Shown here in pieces: positions 54,765 through 64,000 of a DNA stretch of 64,000 nt. Where the stretch lies: positions 224,001 through 288,000 of the forward strand of contig CAVSGM010000003.1 in assembly GCA_963727485.1 (NCBI GenBank), written 5' to 3'. The DNA comes from an uncultured delta proteobacterium (GTDB taxonomy: Bacteria > Myxococcota > Myxococcia > SLRQ01). Both the position numbers and the translations under genes were made by a program. The notes under the pieces are model-generated. The model was not told where the DNA came from and ran no database searches. It saw nothing but the letters and a program-made list of their open reading frames with translations. Position 1 is the stretch's first letter; each line of letters begins with the position of its first letter.

Positions 54765-56198
54765 CTACCCGCTGACCGGCAGCACCTTCCCCGGGTTCAA
54801 CAGGTCGTCCGGATCGAAGAGGTGCTTGAGCCGCCGCTGCAGCGCGATCAGCGGCGCCCCCTGCTCCAAGGGCAGCACCGAGCGCTTCACCAGCCCCACC
54901 CCGTGCTCCCCGGTGATCGTCCCGCCCCGGCGCACCGCGGCCTCGAAGACCCGCTCGGCGGCCCGCATCGCCGCCGGCCACAGGTCCTCGCTCCCGAAGA
55001 GCAGGTTCACGTGGAGGTTCCCGTCGCCCATGTGCCCGTAGAGGGCGGCCTTGAGCCCCTCGTCCTCGGCGATGGCGTGGACCTCGTCGACCATCGCCGG
55101 GATCTCGGCCAGCGGCACCGCCACGTCCTCGGCGTACTTGTGGCCGTAGAGCTCCCGGAGGCTCGGGGACATGATCCGCCGGCTGGCCCAGAGGTCGGCG
55201 CGCTCACTGGCGCTCTTCGCCACCAGCACCTGGCTCGCCTGGTACTCGGCGTCCACCAGCTCGCCGATCTTCACCAGCGCCTCGAAGGGCGCGTCGCCGT
55301 CGCCGTCGAGCTCGAGGAGGATGGCGGTCTGGGTCCCCTCGGGGAAGTGGAAGGGCGCCTTGGGCCGGACGGCGTCGATGGACACGTGGTCCATCAGCTC
55401 CATGGTTCGCGGGAGGTGGCCGGCGCGAAAGATCGCCAGCGCCGCCCGCGAGGCCAGCGCCACGTCGGGGAAGAAGAGCAGCGCCGTCTCCACCTTCGAG
55501 GGCCTCGGCTTGAGGCGCACCGTGATCCCGGTGACCACCCCGAGGGTCCCCTCGCTGCCGACCATCAGGCCGGTGAGGTCGTAGCCGGCGACGCTCTTGA
55601 GGGTCTTGCCGCCGGTGTGGATCACCTCGCCCGAGGGCAGCACCACCGTGAGGCCGCGGACGTAGTCGCGGGTGACGCCGTACTTCACCGCGCGCGGCCC
55701 CGCGGCGTTGGTGGCGACGTTGCCCCCGAGGTGGCAGAACTCCAGGGAGTTGGGATCCGGCGGGTAGAAGAGGCCCTCGGCCTCGACCGCCTGCTGGAGC
55801 TCGCCGGTGATGACCCCGGGCTCGCACTCGGCGATGAGCGAGGCCGGGGTGATGGCCTGGATGCGGTTCATCTTCTCCATGGCCAGCACCAGGCCGCCGG
55901 CCACCGGGAGCGCGCCCCCGGCCCGGCCGCTGCCGCCGCCCCTCGGGGTGACCGGGACGCCCTCGCGGAAGGCGGCCTGGAGGATGGTGACCACGTCCTC
56001 GGTGCTGCGGGGCCAGGCGACGAGCTCGGGGAGAAAGGTCCCGGCGCCGGACTCGTCGGCGCCGTAGCCGGCCAGGCGCTCGGGATCCCGGGAGACGCCG
56101 CCACCGGGGAGCGCCCGGCCCAGGGCGTCGTAGACCCGCGCCACCGCCGCGGCCGACGCGCGCTTCACCTGCTGGAAGTCATGCTCGAGCACGGGCAC
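54765..56198 (-). CDS. FAD-linked oxidase (GlcD / D-lactate dehydrogenase-like)
   Basis: PRGGGSG, YPPDP, GGNVATNA, GSEGTLG, GHMGDGNLH, GEHGVG, LNPGK; start uncertain. Confidence 0.9.
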   Translation of the reverse strand: MPVLEHDFQQVKRASAAAVARVYDALGRALPGGGVSRDPERLAGYGADESGAGTFLPELVAWPRSTEDVVTILQAAFREGVPVTPRGGGSGRAGGALPVAGGLVLAMEKMNRIQAITPASLIAECEPGVITGELQQAVEAEGLFYPPDPNSLEFCHLGGNVATNAAGPRAVKYGVTRDYVRGLTVVLPSGEVIHTGGKTLKSVAGYDLTGLMVGSEGTLGVVTGITVRLKPRPSKVETALLFFPDVALASRAALAIFRAGHLPRTMELMDHVSIDAVRPKAPFHFPEGTQTAILLELDGDGDAPFEALVKIGELVDAEYQASQVLVAKSASERADLWASRRIMSPSLRELYGHKYAEDVAVPLAEIPAMVDEVHAIAEDEGLKAALYGHMGDGNLHVNLLFGSEDLWPAAMRAAERVFEAAVRRGGTITGEHGVGLVKRSVLPLEQGAPLIALQRRLKHLFDPDDLLNPGKVLPVSG

Positions 56199-56237
56199 GA
56201 CGCTAGCCCGGTGCCCGCGCCACCGCAAACCGCGTGG

Positions 56238-58229
56238 CTAGCCCTGCCCCCACCGCGGCGCCCCGCCGACCCGCGCGGCCACGTGCTCGGCGTTCATCGA
56301 CGTCACCGCCATGATCGTCATCTGGGGGTTCACGCCGAGGCTCGAGGGGAAGACCGAGCCGTCGGCGACGAAGAGCCCGTCCACGCCCCAGACCTCGAGG
56401 CCGGGATCGATCACGCCGTCCTCGGGCCGGGCGCTCATCCGCGCGGTGCACAGGGGGTGGAAGGCGGTGAGCTCGAAGTCGCCCACGGAGATCCGCGGGT
56501 CGCGCAGCTTCTCGATCTCGTCGGGCGAGGTGAGGGCCTCGACGCCGGCGACCGGGGGCAGCACCTTCGTGGCCCCGGCCTCGAAGAACACCCGGCACAG
56601 CCGCTCGGTGCCCGTCAGCAGCTTGGCGACCTCCTCGCGGCCCAGGCTGTAGTGGATGCGCGGCATGCCGCCGGGTCCCGGGCGCACCCGCCCCCGGCTC
56701 TCGTCCTCGACCAGGAACCCGAAGAACGCCAGGTTCTGGTAGCGGTTCATGATGTCGCTGAAGGCGCGGCCGATCTGGGGCAGGCCCACGGCGCCGAGCT
56801 CCGGGGGGAGGCTGGCGCCCTCGAACATCATCCCCTCGGCCTCGAACTGGTCGATGCACCAGCCCTGGGGCACGCCCTCCCAGGAGCGGATGGGCTCGTC
56901 GAAGAGGGCCGCCACCTTGGCCGCCGGGTGGATGGTGAGGTTGTTGCCGAGCTGCCCCGAGCGGCCGCCGATGCGGTTTCGCATCAGCAGCGGCGGGGTC
57001 CCGAGGCTCCCGGCGGAGATCACCACCGCGTCGGCGAGGACGGTCACCTTGCCCTGGTCGGTCGTCGCCACCACCCCCTGGGCCCGGCGCTGCTTCCAGA
57101 GGATGCGCTCGACCTTCGCCCCGGTGAGGAGCTTGGCGCCGGCCCCCAGCGCCCGGGGCACGTAGGAGCGGTTCATCGACTGCTTGGCGCCGGTGGGACA
57201 GCCGAAGCAGCACACCCCCGAGCCCTCGCAGCCGTCGGCGTTGCGCATCAGCGGCCCGTGGGACCAGCCGAGCCTGTCGCAGCCCCGGGCGATGACCTCG
57301 CCCACCATGCCCCGGGTCTCGACCGAGACCGGCTGCACCCGCAGCGTGCGCTCCAGCTCGTCGTAGTGGGGCGCCAGGGACTCGGAGGTGTAGGCCTCGA
57401 GGCCGTAGCGATCGCGCCACTGCTCGAGCACCCGTTCCGGGACCCGGAAGCAGGTGCCGGAGTTGATGGTGCTGGTGCCGCCGACGGTGCGGCCCAGCGG
57501 GATGGGGATGCCCGGGACGCCCAGGGCCACCGTCATCCCCACGTCGCGGTACATCCGGGTCATCATCTCCAGGGGCCGGCGGTTGAAGTCCGCCCGGCGG
57601 TAGAGCTGCCCCTCCTCGAGCATCAGGACCGCGAGGCCCTGCTCCGCCAGCCGCGTGGCCATCACCGCCCCGCCCGGGCCGCTGCCCACGATCACCACCT
57701 GGCACCGCAGGGTCTCCCCGGCGCGATCCGCGGCGGGGGAGGCCTGCGCCATCCACCGCTCCGGGGGCGCGGGCGGGGCCGGCGGCGGCGGGTCGTAGCC
57801 CAGGCGCCGGCTGACCTCGGCGTCGGCGAAGTGGCACATCTTCAGGGGGGTGAACAGGCCCCGGAGCGCCATGCGCACCAGAAACCACCGGGAGGCCGCC
57901 CAGCCGGCGAGGAGCCGCTCCGCCCGCGCCACCGGGAGGCGCGCCAGGGTGCGCCCGGTGAAGACGATGGCCGCGAGGTTCGTGGCCCGCAGGAGCATCC
58001 GGTAGCCGAAGACCAGCAGGCGCGGCGCCTGGCCGAGGAAGGCGTCGAGGCGGTCGACCATGGCCTCGCCGGGTGCCGGGAGGTCGCCCTCGCCTGGCAT
58101 CCCCGCCACGGCGATGGCGAGGGCCAGGCGCCGGGTGCCCCGGGTGAGACCGTGGCGCGGGGGGGCGGACGCGGGATCGGGGGCCGGTGCCGTGCTCGGG
58201 GCGGACTCGGAGGGCTGAGTCGCGTTCAT
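56238..58229 (-). CDS. GMC family oxidoreductase
   Basis: VGSGPGG, GRTVGGTSTINSG, CCFGC, FHPLCTARM, LGVNPQMTI. Confidence 0.9.
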   Translation of the reverse strand: MNATQPSESAPSTAPAPDPASAPPRHGLTRGTRRLALAIAVAGMPGEGDLPAPGEAMVDRLDAFLGQAPRLLVFGYRMLLRATNLAAIVFTGRTLARLPVARAERLLAGWAASRWFLVRMALRGLFTPLKMCHFADAEVSRRLGYDPPPPAPPAPPERWMAQASPAADRAGETLRCQVVIVGSGPGGAVMATRLAEQGLAVLMLEEGQLYRRADFNRRPLEMMTRMYRDVGMTVALGVPGIPIPLGRTVGGTSTINSGTCFRVPERVLEQWRDRYGLEAYTSESLAPHYDELERTLRVQPVSVETRGMVGEVIARGCDRLGWSHGPLMRNADGCEGSGVCCFGCPTGAKQSMNRSYVPRALGAGAKLLTGAKVERILWKQRRAQGVVATTDQGKVTVLADAVVISAGSLGTPPLLMRNRIGGRSGQLGNNLTIHPAAKVAALFDEPIRSWEGVPQGWCIDQFEAEGMMFEGASLPPELGAVGLPQIGRAFSDIMNRYQNLAFFGFLVEDESRGRVRPGPGGMPRIHYSLGREEVAKLLTGTERLCRVFFEAGATKVLPPVAGVEALTSPDEIEKLRDPRISVGDFELTAFHPLCTARMSARPEDGVIDPGLEVWGVDGLFVADGSVFPSSLGVNPQMTIMAVTSMNAEHVAARVGGAPRWGQG

Positions 58230-58283
58230 CGCGGCCCATCCTGGCACAGGTGCCGCCCGAAGTCCCTGCTCAGGGGCGCCGAT

Positions 58284-59282
58284 TCACCCCCCGACGCCGG
58301 TCATCACCACGCCCTTGGCCGGGTCGGCGTCCGCGTCCCAGAACCGGTGTCCGTCCTTGCGGCCGAGGACCGTGAAGCGGATGGCGTCGGCGAGGCCGTC
58401 GTCGTCGACCCCGGCCCGGATCAGGGCCCGGAGGTCGGCGCCCTCGGGGCGGGCGAGGCAGCCCCGGAGCTCGCCCTTGCTGGTGAGGCGCACCCGGTTG
58501 CACCCGCTGCAGAACTTCTCGGTGACCGCGCCGATGAACCCGGCGACCCCGGGGCCGTCCACCCGCCGGTGATAGACCGCGGGGCCCTGGCCCGGGAGCC
58601 CGGCGTCGGCCGCCGGCGTGGCCTCCAGGCGGTGCGCCAGGCGACGCAGCAGCTCGGCGGTGGGGACCACCGCCTGGCGCCCGTGCATCCGCCCGGCCTC
58701 GCCCAGCGGCATCAGCTCGATGAACCGCGGGGTGAGCCCGCGCGCCCAGGCGAAGTCGCACAGCGCCTCGGCCTCGTCGTCGTTGGTCCCGCCCACGACC
58801 ACGGTGTTCAGCTTCACCGCCCGGAAGCCCGCGCTCCGGGCCGCCTCGATCCCCGCGAGGACGTGGGAGAGCTTCCCGCCCCGGGTGAGCTGGGCGTGGC
58901 GCTCCGGCGAGAGGGTGTCGAAGGAGATGTTCACCCGGGTGACGCCCGCCTCCGCCAGGGGCCCCGCCAGCTCGGCGAGGCGGTCGGCGTTGGTGGTCAG
59001 GGCGATGTCGCCGATGCCTGCCTCGTCGCGGATGGCCCGCACCAGGGTCAGCAGCCCCCCGCGCACCGTGGGCTCGCCGCCGGTGATGCGCACGGTGGTG
59101 ACCCCGAGGCCGGCGAAGACCTTCACCAGCCGGGCCAGCTCCTCGAGGCTCAGGATCTCGTCGCGGCCAACCCGGGGGAAGCCCGCGGCCGGCATGCAGT
59201 AGGTGCAGCGGTAGTTGCACCGGTCGGTGACGGAGAGCCGCAGGTAGGTGATGACGCGGCCCTTGAGATCGACGAGGGGCAT
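58284..59282 (-). CDS. moaA: GTP 3',8-cyclase (radical SAM)
   Basis: YLRLSVTDRCNYRCTYC, TGGEP, FCSGCNRVR, C-terminal GG. Confidence 0.95.
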   Translation of the reverse strand: MPLVDLKGRVITYLRLSVTDRCNYRCTYCMPAAGFPRVGRDEILSLEELARLVKVFAGLGVTTVRITGGEPTVRGGLLTLVRAIRDEAGIGDIALTTNADRLAELAGPLAEAGVTRVNISFDTLSPERHAQLTRGGKLSHVLAGIEAARSAGFRAVKLNTVVVGGTNDDEAEALCDFAWARGLTPRFIELMPLGEAGRMHGRQAVVPTAELLRRLAHRLEATPAADAGLPGQGPAVYHRRVDGPGVAGFIGAVTEKFCSGCNRVRLTSKGELRGCLARPEGADLRALIRAGVDDDGLADAIRFTVLGRKDGHRFWDADADPAKGVVMTGVGG

Positions 59283-59337
59283 GGGTCGAACTCTAGTCCG
59301 CCGAGGGCCGGGCGCACTCCCGAACCCTCGGGTGCGC

Positions 59338-60471
59338 TCAGGTCCCGGCGCCGCCGCCCGCCACCCGGGCGTCCTCCTGCCGGGCGATCTCCAGCTCGTA
59401 GCCCACCAGGCCGTCGGCGTCCCGGAGCTCGTCGAAGATCGCCTGCTCCATGTCCTTGAACACCTCGACCACCGCCGGGTCGAACTGGCTCGCGGCGCAG
59501 CGCTCGATCTCGGCGGCGGCGACCTCGAAGCTCTGGCCCTTGCGATAGGGGCGGTCGGAGACGATGGCGTCGAAGGTGTCGGCCACCGCGAAGATCCGCG
59601 CCCCCAGGGGGATCTCGCAGCCCTTCAGCTGGCGGGGGTAGCCGCCGCCGTCGTAGCGCTCCTGGTGGGAGAGGATGATCTCCGCCGCCGGGCGCAGGTA
59701 GGGGATGTCGGCGACGATGTCGTAGCCGATCTGCGGATGCTTGCGCATCTCCTCCCACTCGTCGGGGGTGAGCTTCCCGGGCTTGAGGAGGATGTTGTCG
59801 GAGACGCCGATCTTGCCGATGTCGTGGAGCAGCGCCCCCCGGGCGATGTCGATGAGCAGGTCGCCGCGGATGCCCATGCGCGCGGCGATGGCGGCGGTGA
59901 AGCGCATCACCCGCTGGGAGTGGCGGCCGGTGTCGCGCTCCCGGGCGTCGAGCGAGGCGGCCAGGGCCTCGAGGGTGGTCTGGTAGGCGGCGTTGAGGTC
60001 CTTGAGGGCCACCTCGAGCTGCTCGGTCTTCAGCTGGACCTCTTCCTCGAGGCCCGACTTGTAGCGCCGGTCGTCGAGGAGACGGCCGCGGCGGTGCAGC
60101 GCCCGCTCCACCGCCGAGTAGAGCTCGGAGGCCCGGAAGGGCTTGGACACGAAGTCGTAGGCGCCGCGCCGGAGGCAGTCGACGGCGAGCTCGGTCTCGG
60201 CGTAGCCGCTGATGGCGACCACCGCGGTGTCCGGGCGGACGGCGAGGACCTGGTCGATGAGCCAGGTGCCGTTGTGCCCGGGCATCTTGAGGTCGGTGAC
60301 CACCAGGGCGTACTCGCCGGCGAGGAAGCTCTCCTTCCCGCTCTCGGCGTCGAAGGCGACCTCGCAGAGGTAGCCCTGGGGCTCGAGGAGGTCTACCACC
60401 ACCTCCCGGATCGCCGGATCGTCGTCGACCACGAGGATGCGTTCACGGCGCTGGGTGTCGGTCTGGCTCAT
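59338..60471 (-). CDS. Response regulator with HD-GYP phosphodiesterase domain
   Basis: REC (VVDDD, TDLKMP, KPF) plus HSQRV, LHDIGK, HQERYDGGGYP, ADTFDA. Confidence 0.92.
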   Translation of the reverse strand: MSQTDTQRRERILVVDDDPAIREVVVDLLEPQGYLCEVAFDAESGKESFLAGEYALVVTDLKMPGHNGTWLIDQVLAVRPDTAVVAISGYAETELAVDCLRRGAYDFVSKPFRASELYSAVERALHRRGRLLDDRRYKSGLEEEVQLKTEQLEVALKDLNAAYQTTLEALAASLDARERDTGRHSQRVMRFTAAIAARMGIRGDLLIDIARGALLHDIGKIGVSDNILLKPGKLTPDEWEEMRKHPQIGYDIVADIPYLRPAAEIILSHQERYDGGGYPRQLKGCEIPLGARIFAVADTFDAIVSDRPYRKGQSFEVAAAEIERCAASQFDPAVVEVFKDMEQAIFDELRDADGLVGYELEIARQEDARVAGGGAGT

Positions 60472-60612
60472 GGAAGCGGCCTCCAGGCCCCGGCGGCCCA
60501 GGTAGGCAAGTGTACCGAAAGAACCGCGCGGCGGCCAAGGGTCGGGGGCCCGGCCTCGGGGGATGCTCGGGGCCCGGCGTTGGCACGGCTGGCACGCCGG
60601 GGGTCGCCGGGG

Positions 60613-61032
60613 CTAACTCCCCGCGCCCTCGCGGCTCCGGTACAGGGTCACCGCCGCCGCCTCGGGCGTGCCCACCACCGAGGGGTGGGGCTTGTGCACC
60701 GTGACCTCCACCGCCTCCACCGCGGGGAAGGCGTCGAGGAGCGCCTCGGCCACCGCCCCGGCGAGGTGCTCGATGAGCCGGCAGCTGGTGCCGGTGCCCA
60801 CCTCCAGGACCACCTCGGCGATGCGATCGTAGTCGAGGGTGTCCTCGAGGGCGTCGGAGCGCGCCGGGGCGTCGAGGCCCATGGCTACGGTGACGTCGAC
60901 CCGAAACGGCCGCACCCGCTGGCGCTCGGCGTCGTACCACCCGTGGCGGCCCTCGAAGGTGAGCCCGGTGAGGTGGATGCGGTCGCGGGTGGTCGCCTCG
61001 GGGAGCGACGGGGTGCGGGGATCGGGGCTCAT
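60613..61032 (-). CDS. folB: Dihydroneopterin aldolase
   Basis: GRHGWYDAER, DTLDY, LIEHLA, VHKP. Confidence 0.88.
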   Translation of the reverse strand: MSPDPRTPSLPEATTRDRIHLTGLTFEGRHGWYDAERQRVRPFRVDVTVAMGLDAPARSDALEDTLDYDRIAEVVLEVGTGTSCRLIEHLAGAVAEALLDAFPAVEAVEVTVHKPHPSVVGTPEAAAVTLYRSREGAGS

Positions 61033-61738
61033 CCGAAGACCTCCACCGCCGAGCCGGCGACCGCCGGTGGCGCCTGGGACGAAAGATAGAGGATCACCGA
61101 GGCGACCTCCTCGGGGGTCATGTCCGGGGTGAGGCCGGGGACGCCCTGGGCGAGCATGGCGGTGTCCACCGACCCGGGGAGCACGCTGGTGACCGTGACG
61201 CCCTGGCCCTTGACCTCCTCGGACAGCGCCTTCACGAAGCCGACCACGCCCCACTTGGCCGCGCAGTAGGCGGAGAGGCCCGGGGTGCCGAGGGTGGCGG
61301 AGATGGAGCTCACGGCGACGATGCGCCCGGCGCCCCGCGCGAGCATCCCCGGGAGCACCGCCCGGCAGGCGAGGAACACGCCCTTGAGGTTCACGTCGAT
61401 GACCGCGTCCCAGGTGGCCTCGTCCATCTCGGCCACCGGGACGTTGGCGACGATCCCGGCGTTGGCGACCAGGACGTCCACGGGCCCCAGCTCGGTCTCG
61501 GTCTCGTGGATCGCGGCGGCGATGTCGTCCGCCACCGCCACGTCGCCCACCAGCGCGATGGCCTCGCCACCGGCCTGGCCGATGGCGCGGGCGGTCTCCC
61601 GGACCTCGCCCTCGGTGCGGGCGAGGACGGCGACGCTGGCGCCCCCCGGCGCGCGGCCTCGCGGGCCACCGCCCGGCCGATGCCCCGGCCCCCGCCGGTG
61701 ACCAGGACCACCTTTGCGTGCAAGGGGTCCCGGCTCAC
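61029..61738 (-). CDS. SDR family oxidoreductase (frameshift in homopolymer near 61645)
   Basis: TGGGRGIG, ANAG, VSS, YCAAK, PG. Confidence 0.88.
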
Positions 61739-62331
61739 GTGCCGGCCCCCGGATGCTCGGCGTGGAAGCCGGCGACCGCGTCGTGGAGGGCGCGGCGGTG
61801 GGGGGAATCGGCGTCGGCGAGGGCCCCGAGCCAGGCGGTGCAGGTGACCAACGCGTCGTGCTGGCGCACGCCCCGCACCGCCATGCACATCTGCTTGGCC
61901 TCGAGGACGACCCCGGCGCCCCGGGCCCCGAGGTGCGTCACCAGCGCCTCGGCGATCTCCCGGGCGTGGTCCTCCTGGATGACGAGGCGCGCCCCCAGGG
62001 TCTCCACCAGGCGCACGATCCGCGAGAAGCCCACGACCTTGCGGTCCGGGAGGTAGGCCACGTGGGCGGTGCCCTGGTAGGGGAGCAGGTGGTGGGGGCA
62101 CACCGAGACGTAGTGGATGCCGGCGACCACCACCGCCTCGTCGGCCCCGGACGCCGGGGCGTCGAAGGTCTCGAGGAGGGAGGCCACGTCGGCGCCCTCG
62201 CCGGCGAGGAGCTCGTCGGCCCAGGCGTCGGCGACCCGCTGCGGCGTGGCCTGCAGGTGGGGCGCGGCGGGATCGGCCCCCACCGCGGCGAGGAAGGCGG
62301 CCACCGCGGCCTTCAGCGCCTCACGATCCAC
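61735..62331 (-). CDS. folE: GTP cyclohydrolase I family protein (divergent)
   Basis: TPQRVA, SVCPHHLLPY, AHVAYLP, GFSRIVR, IQE, QMCMAVRG. Confidence 0.85.
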   Translation of the reverse strand: MDREALKAAVAAFLAAVGADPAAPHLQATPQRVADAWADELLAGEGADVASLLETFDAPASGADEAVVVAGIHYVSVCPHHLLPYQGTAHVAYLPDRKVVGFSRIVRLVETLGARLVIQEDHAREIAEALVTHLGARGAGVVLEAKQMCMAVRGVRQHDALVTCTAWLGALADADSPHRRALHDAVAGFHAEHPGAGT

Positions 62332-62677
62332 GGGGTCCCCGGTAGGTCACCGAGCAGTTGTCCATCTCCCAGAGGGTGATCTCGGCGAGGCCCGGGAGCC
62401 GCCCCTCGAGGCGCTCCCAGAACCAGACGACGATGAGCTCGGCGGTGGGGTTCTCCAGGAAGTCGTTGAGGTTCTGGTGGTCGACCACCTCGAGGATCTC
62501 GTGGCCGACGATCTCCTCGACCTTGGTGAAGTCGAGGACCATCCCGGTCTCGGGATCGGGCTCGCCCTCGAAGGCGACCACGAACCGGTAGTTGTGGCCG
62601 TGGACCCGGTTGCAGGGGCCGTCGTAGCAGGGGAGCCGGTGGGCGGCGGCGAACTTGAACTCGACGTTGAGGCGCAT
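62321..62677 (-). CDS. queD: 6-carboxytetrahydropterin synthase / PTPS-I
   Basis: FAAAHRL, CNRVHGHNY (Cx3HGH), GMVLDF, DHQNLN, NPTAE, LWE. Confidence 0.85.
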   Translation of the reverse strand: MRLNVEFKFAAAHRLPCYDGPCNRVHGHNYRFVVAFEGEPDPETGMVLDFTKVEEIVGHEILEVVDHQNLNDFLENPTAELIVVWFWERLEGRLPGLAEITLWEMDNCSVTYRGPRGS

Positions 62678-62685
62678 GATGGGAC

Positions 62686-64000
<1,315 letters not shown>

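Noticed and set aside
54642..59459. 1605-aa plus-strand ORF and other long antisense ORFs (e.g. 5121..8162, 42301..45369)
   Set aside because: Shadow frames of well-supported opposite-strand genes in high-GC DNA, with no motifs
60580..60600. TGGCACG repeats as a sigma-54 promoter
   Set aside because: Wrong strand for the flanking genes, and -12 spacing unconvincing

Overview
This is a very GC-rich, gene-dense bacterial chromosomal segment. Gene content is most compatible with a Myxococcota/deltaproteobacterium-like organism (inference, not a database result). About 60 CDSs are present. Housekeeping genes include gatCAB, rplU-rpmA-obgE, lolA, mtnA, pcnB, korAB, ribA, moaA and ahcY. Other loci are amino-acid catabolism (astA, astD, tnaA, ALDH, ADP-forming acyl-CoA ligase), a peptide ABC transporter divergent from dacB, a PerR-rubrerythrin-FeS oxidoreductase-DUF3501 oxidative-stress locus with visible operator boxes, a sigma-32-like factor and a queD-folE-SDR-folB pterin operon. 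No rRNA, tRNA, CRISPR array or transposase was recognised. The most unusual element is an accessory block after gatB (24.7-29.5 kb). It encodes four paralogous collagen-like lipoproteins (lipobox, Gly-X-Y stalk, divergent beta-helix-like head, invariant C-x14-C-x-stop tail), two of which share a 27-bp upstream motif. Also notable are an archaeal-type GAPDH-like orphan, a poly(A) polymerase with long charged disordered arms, and a FolE with a His179-to-Gln equivalent change. About ten genes carry single-base frameshifts, best explained as long-read errors; four of these convert GATC to GAATC/GATTC.
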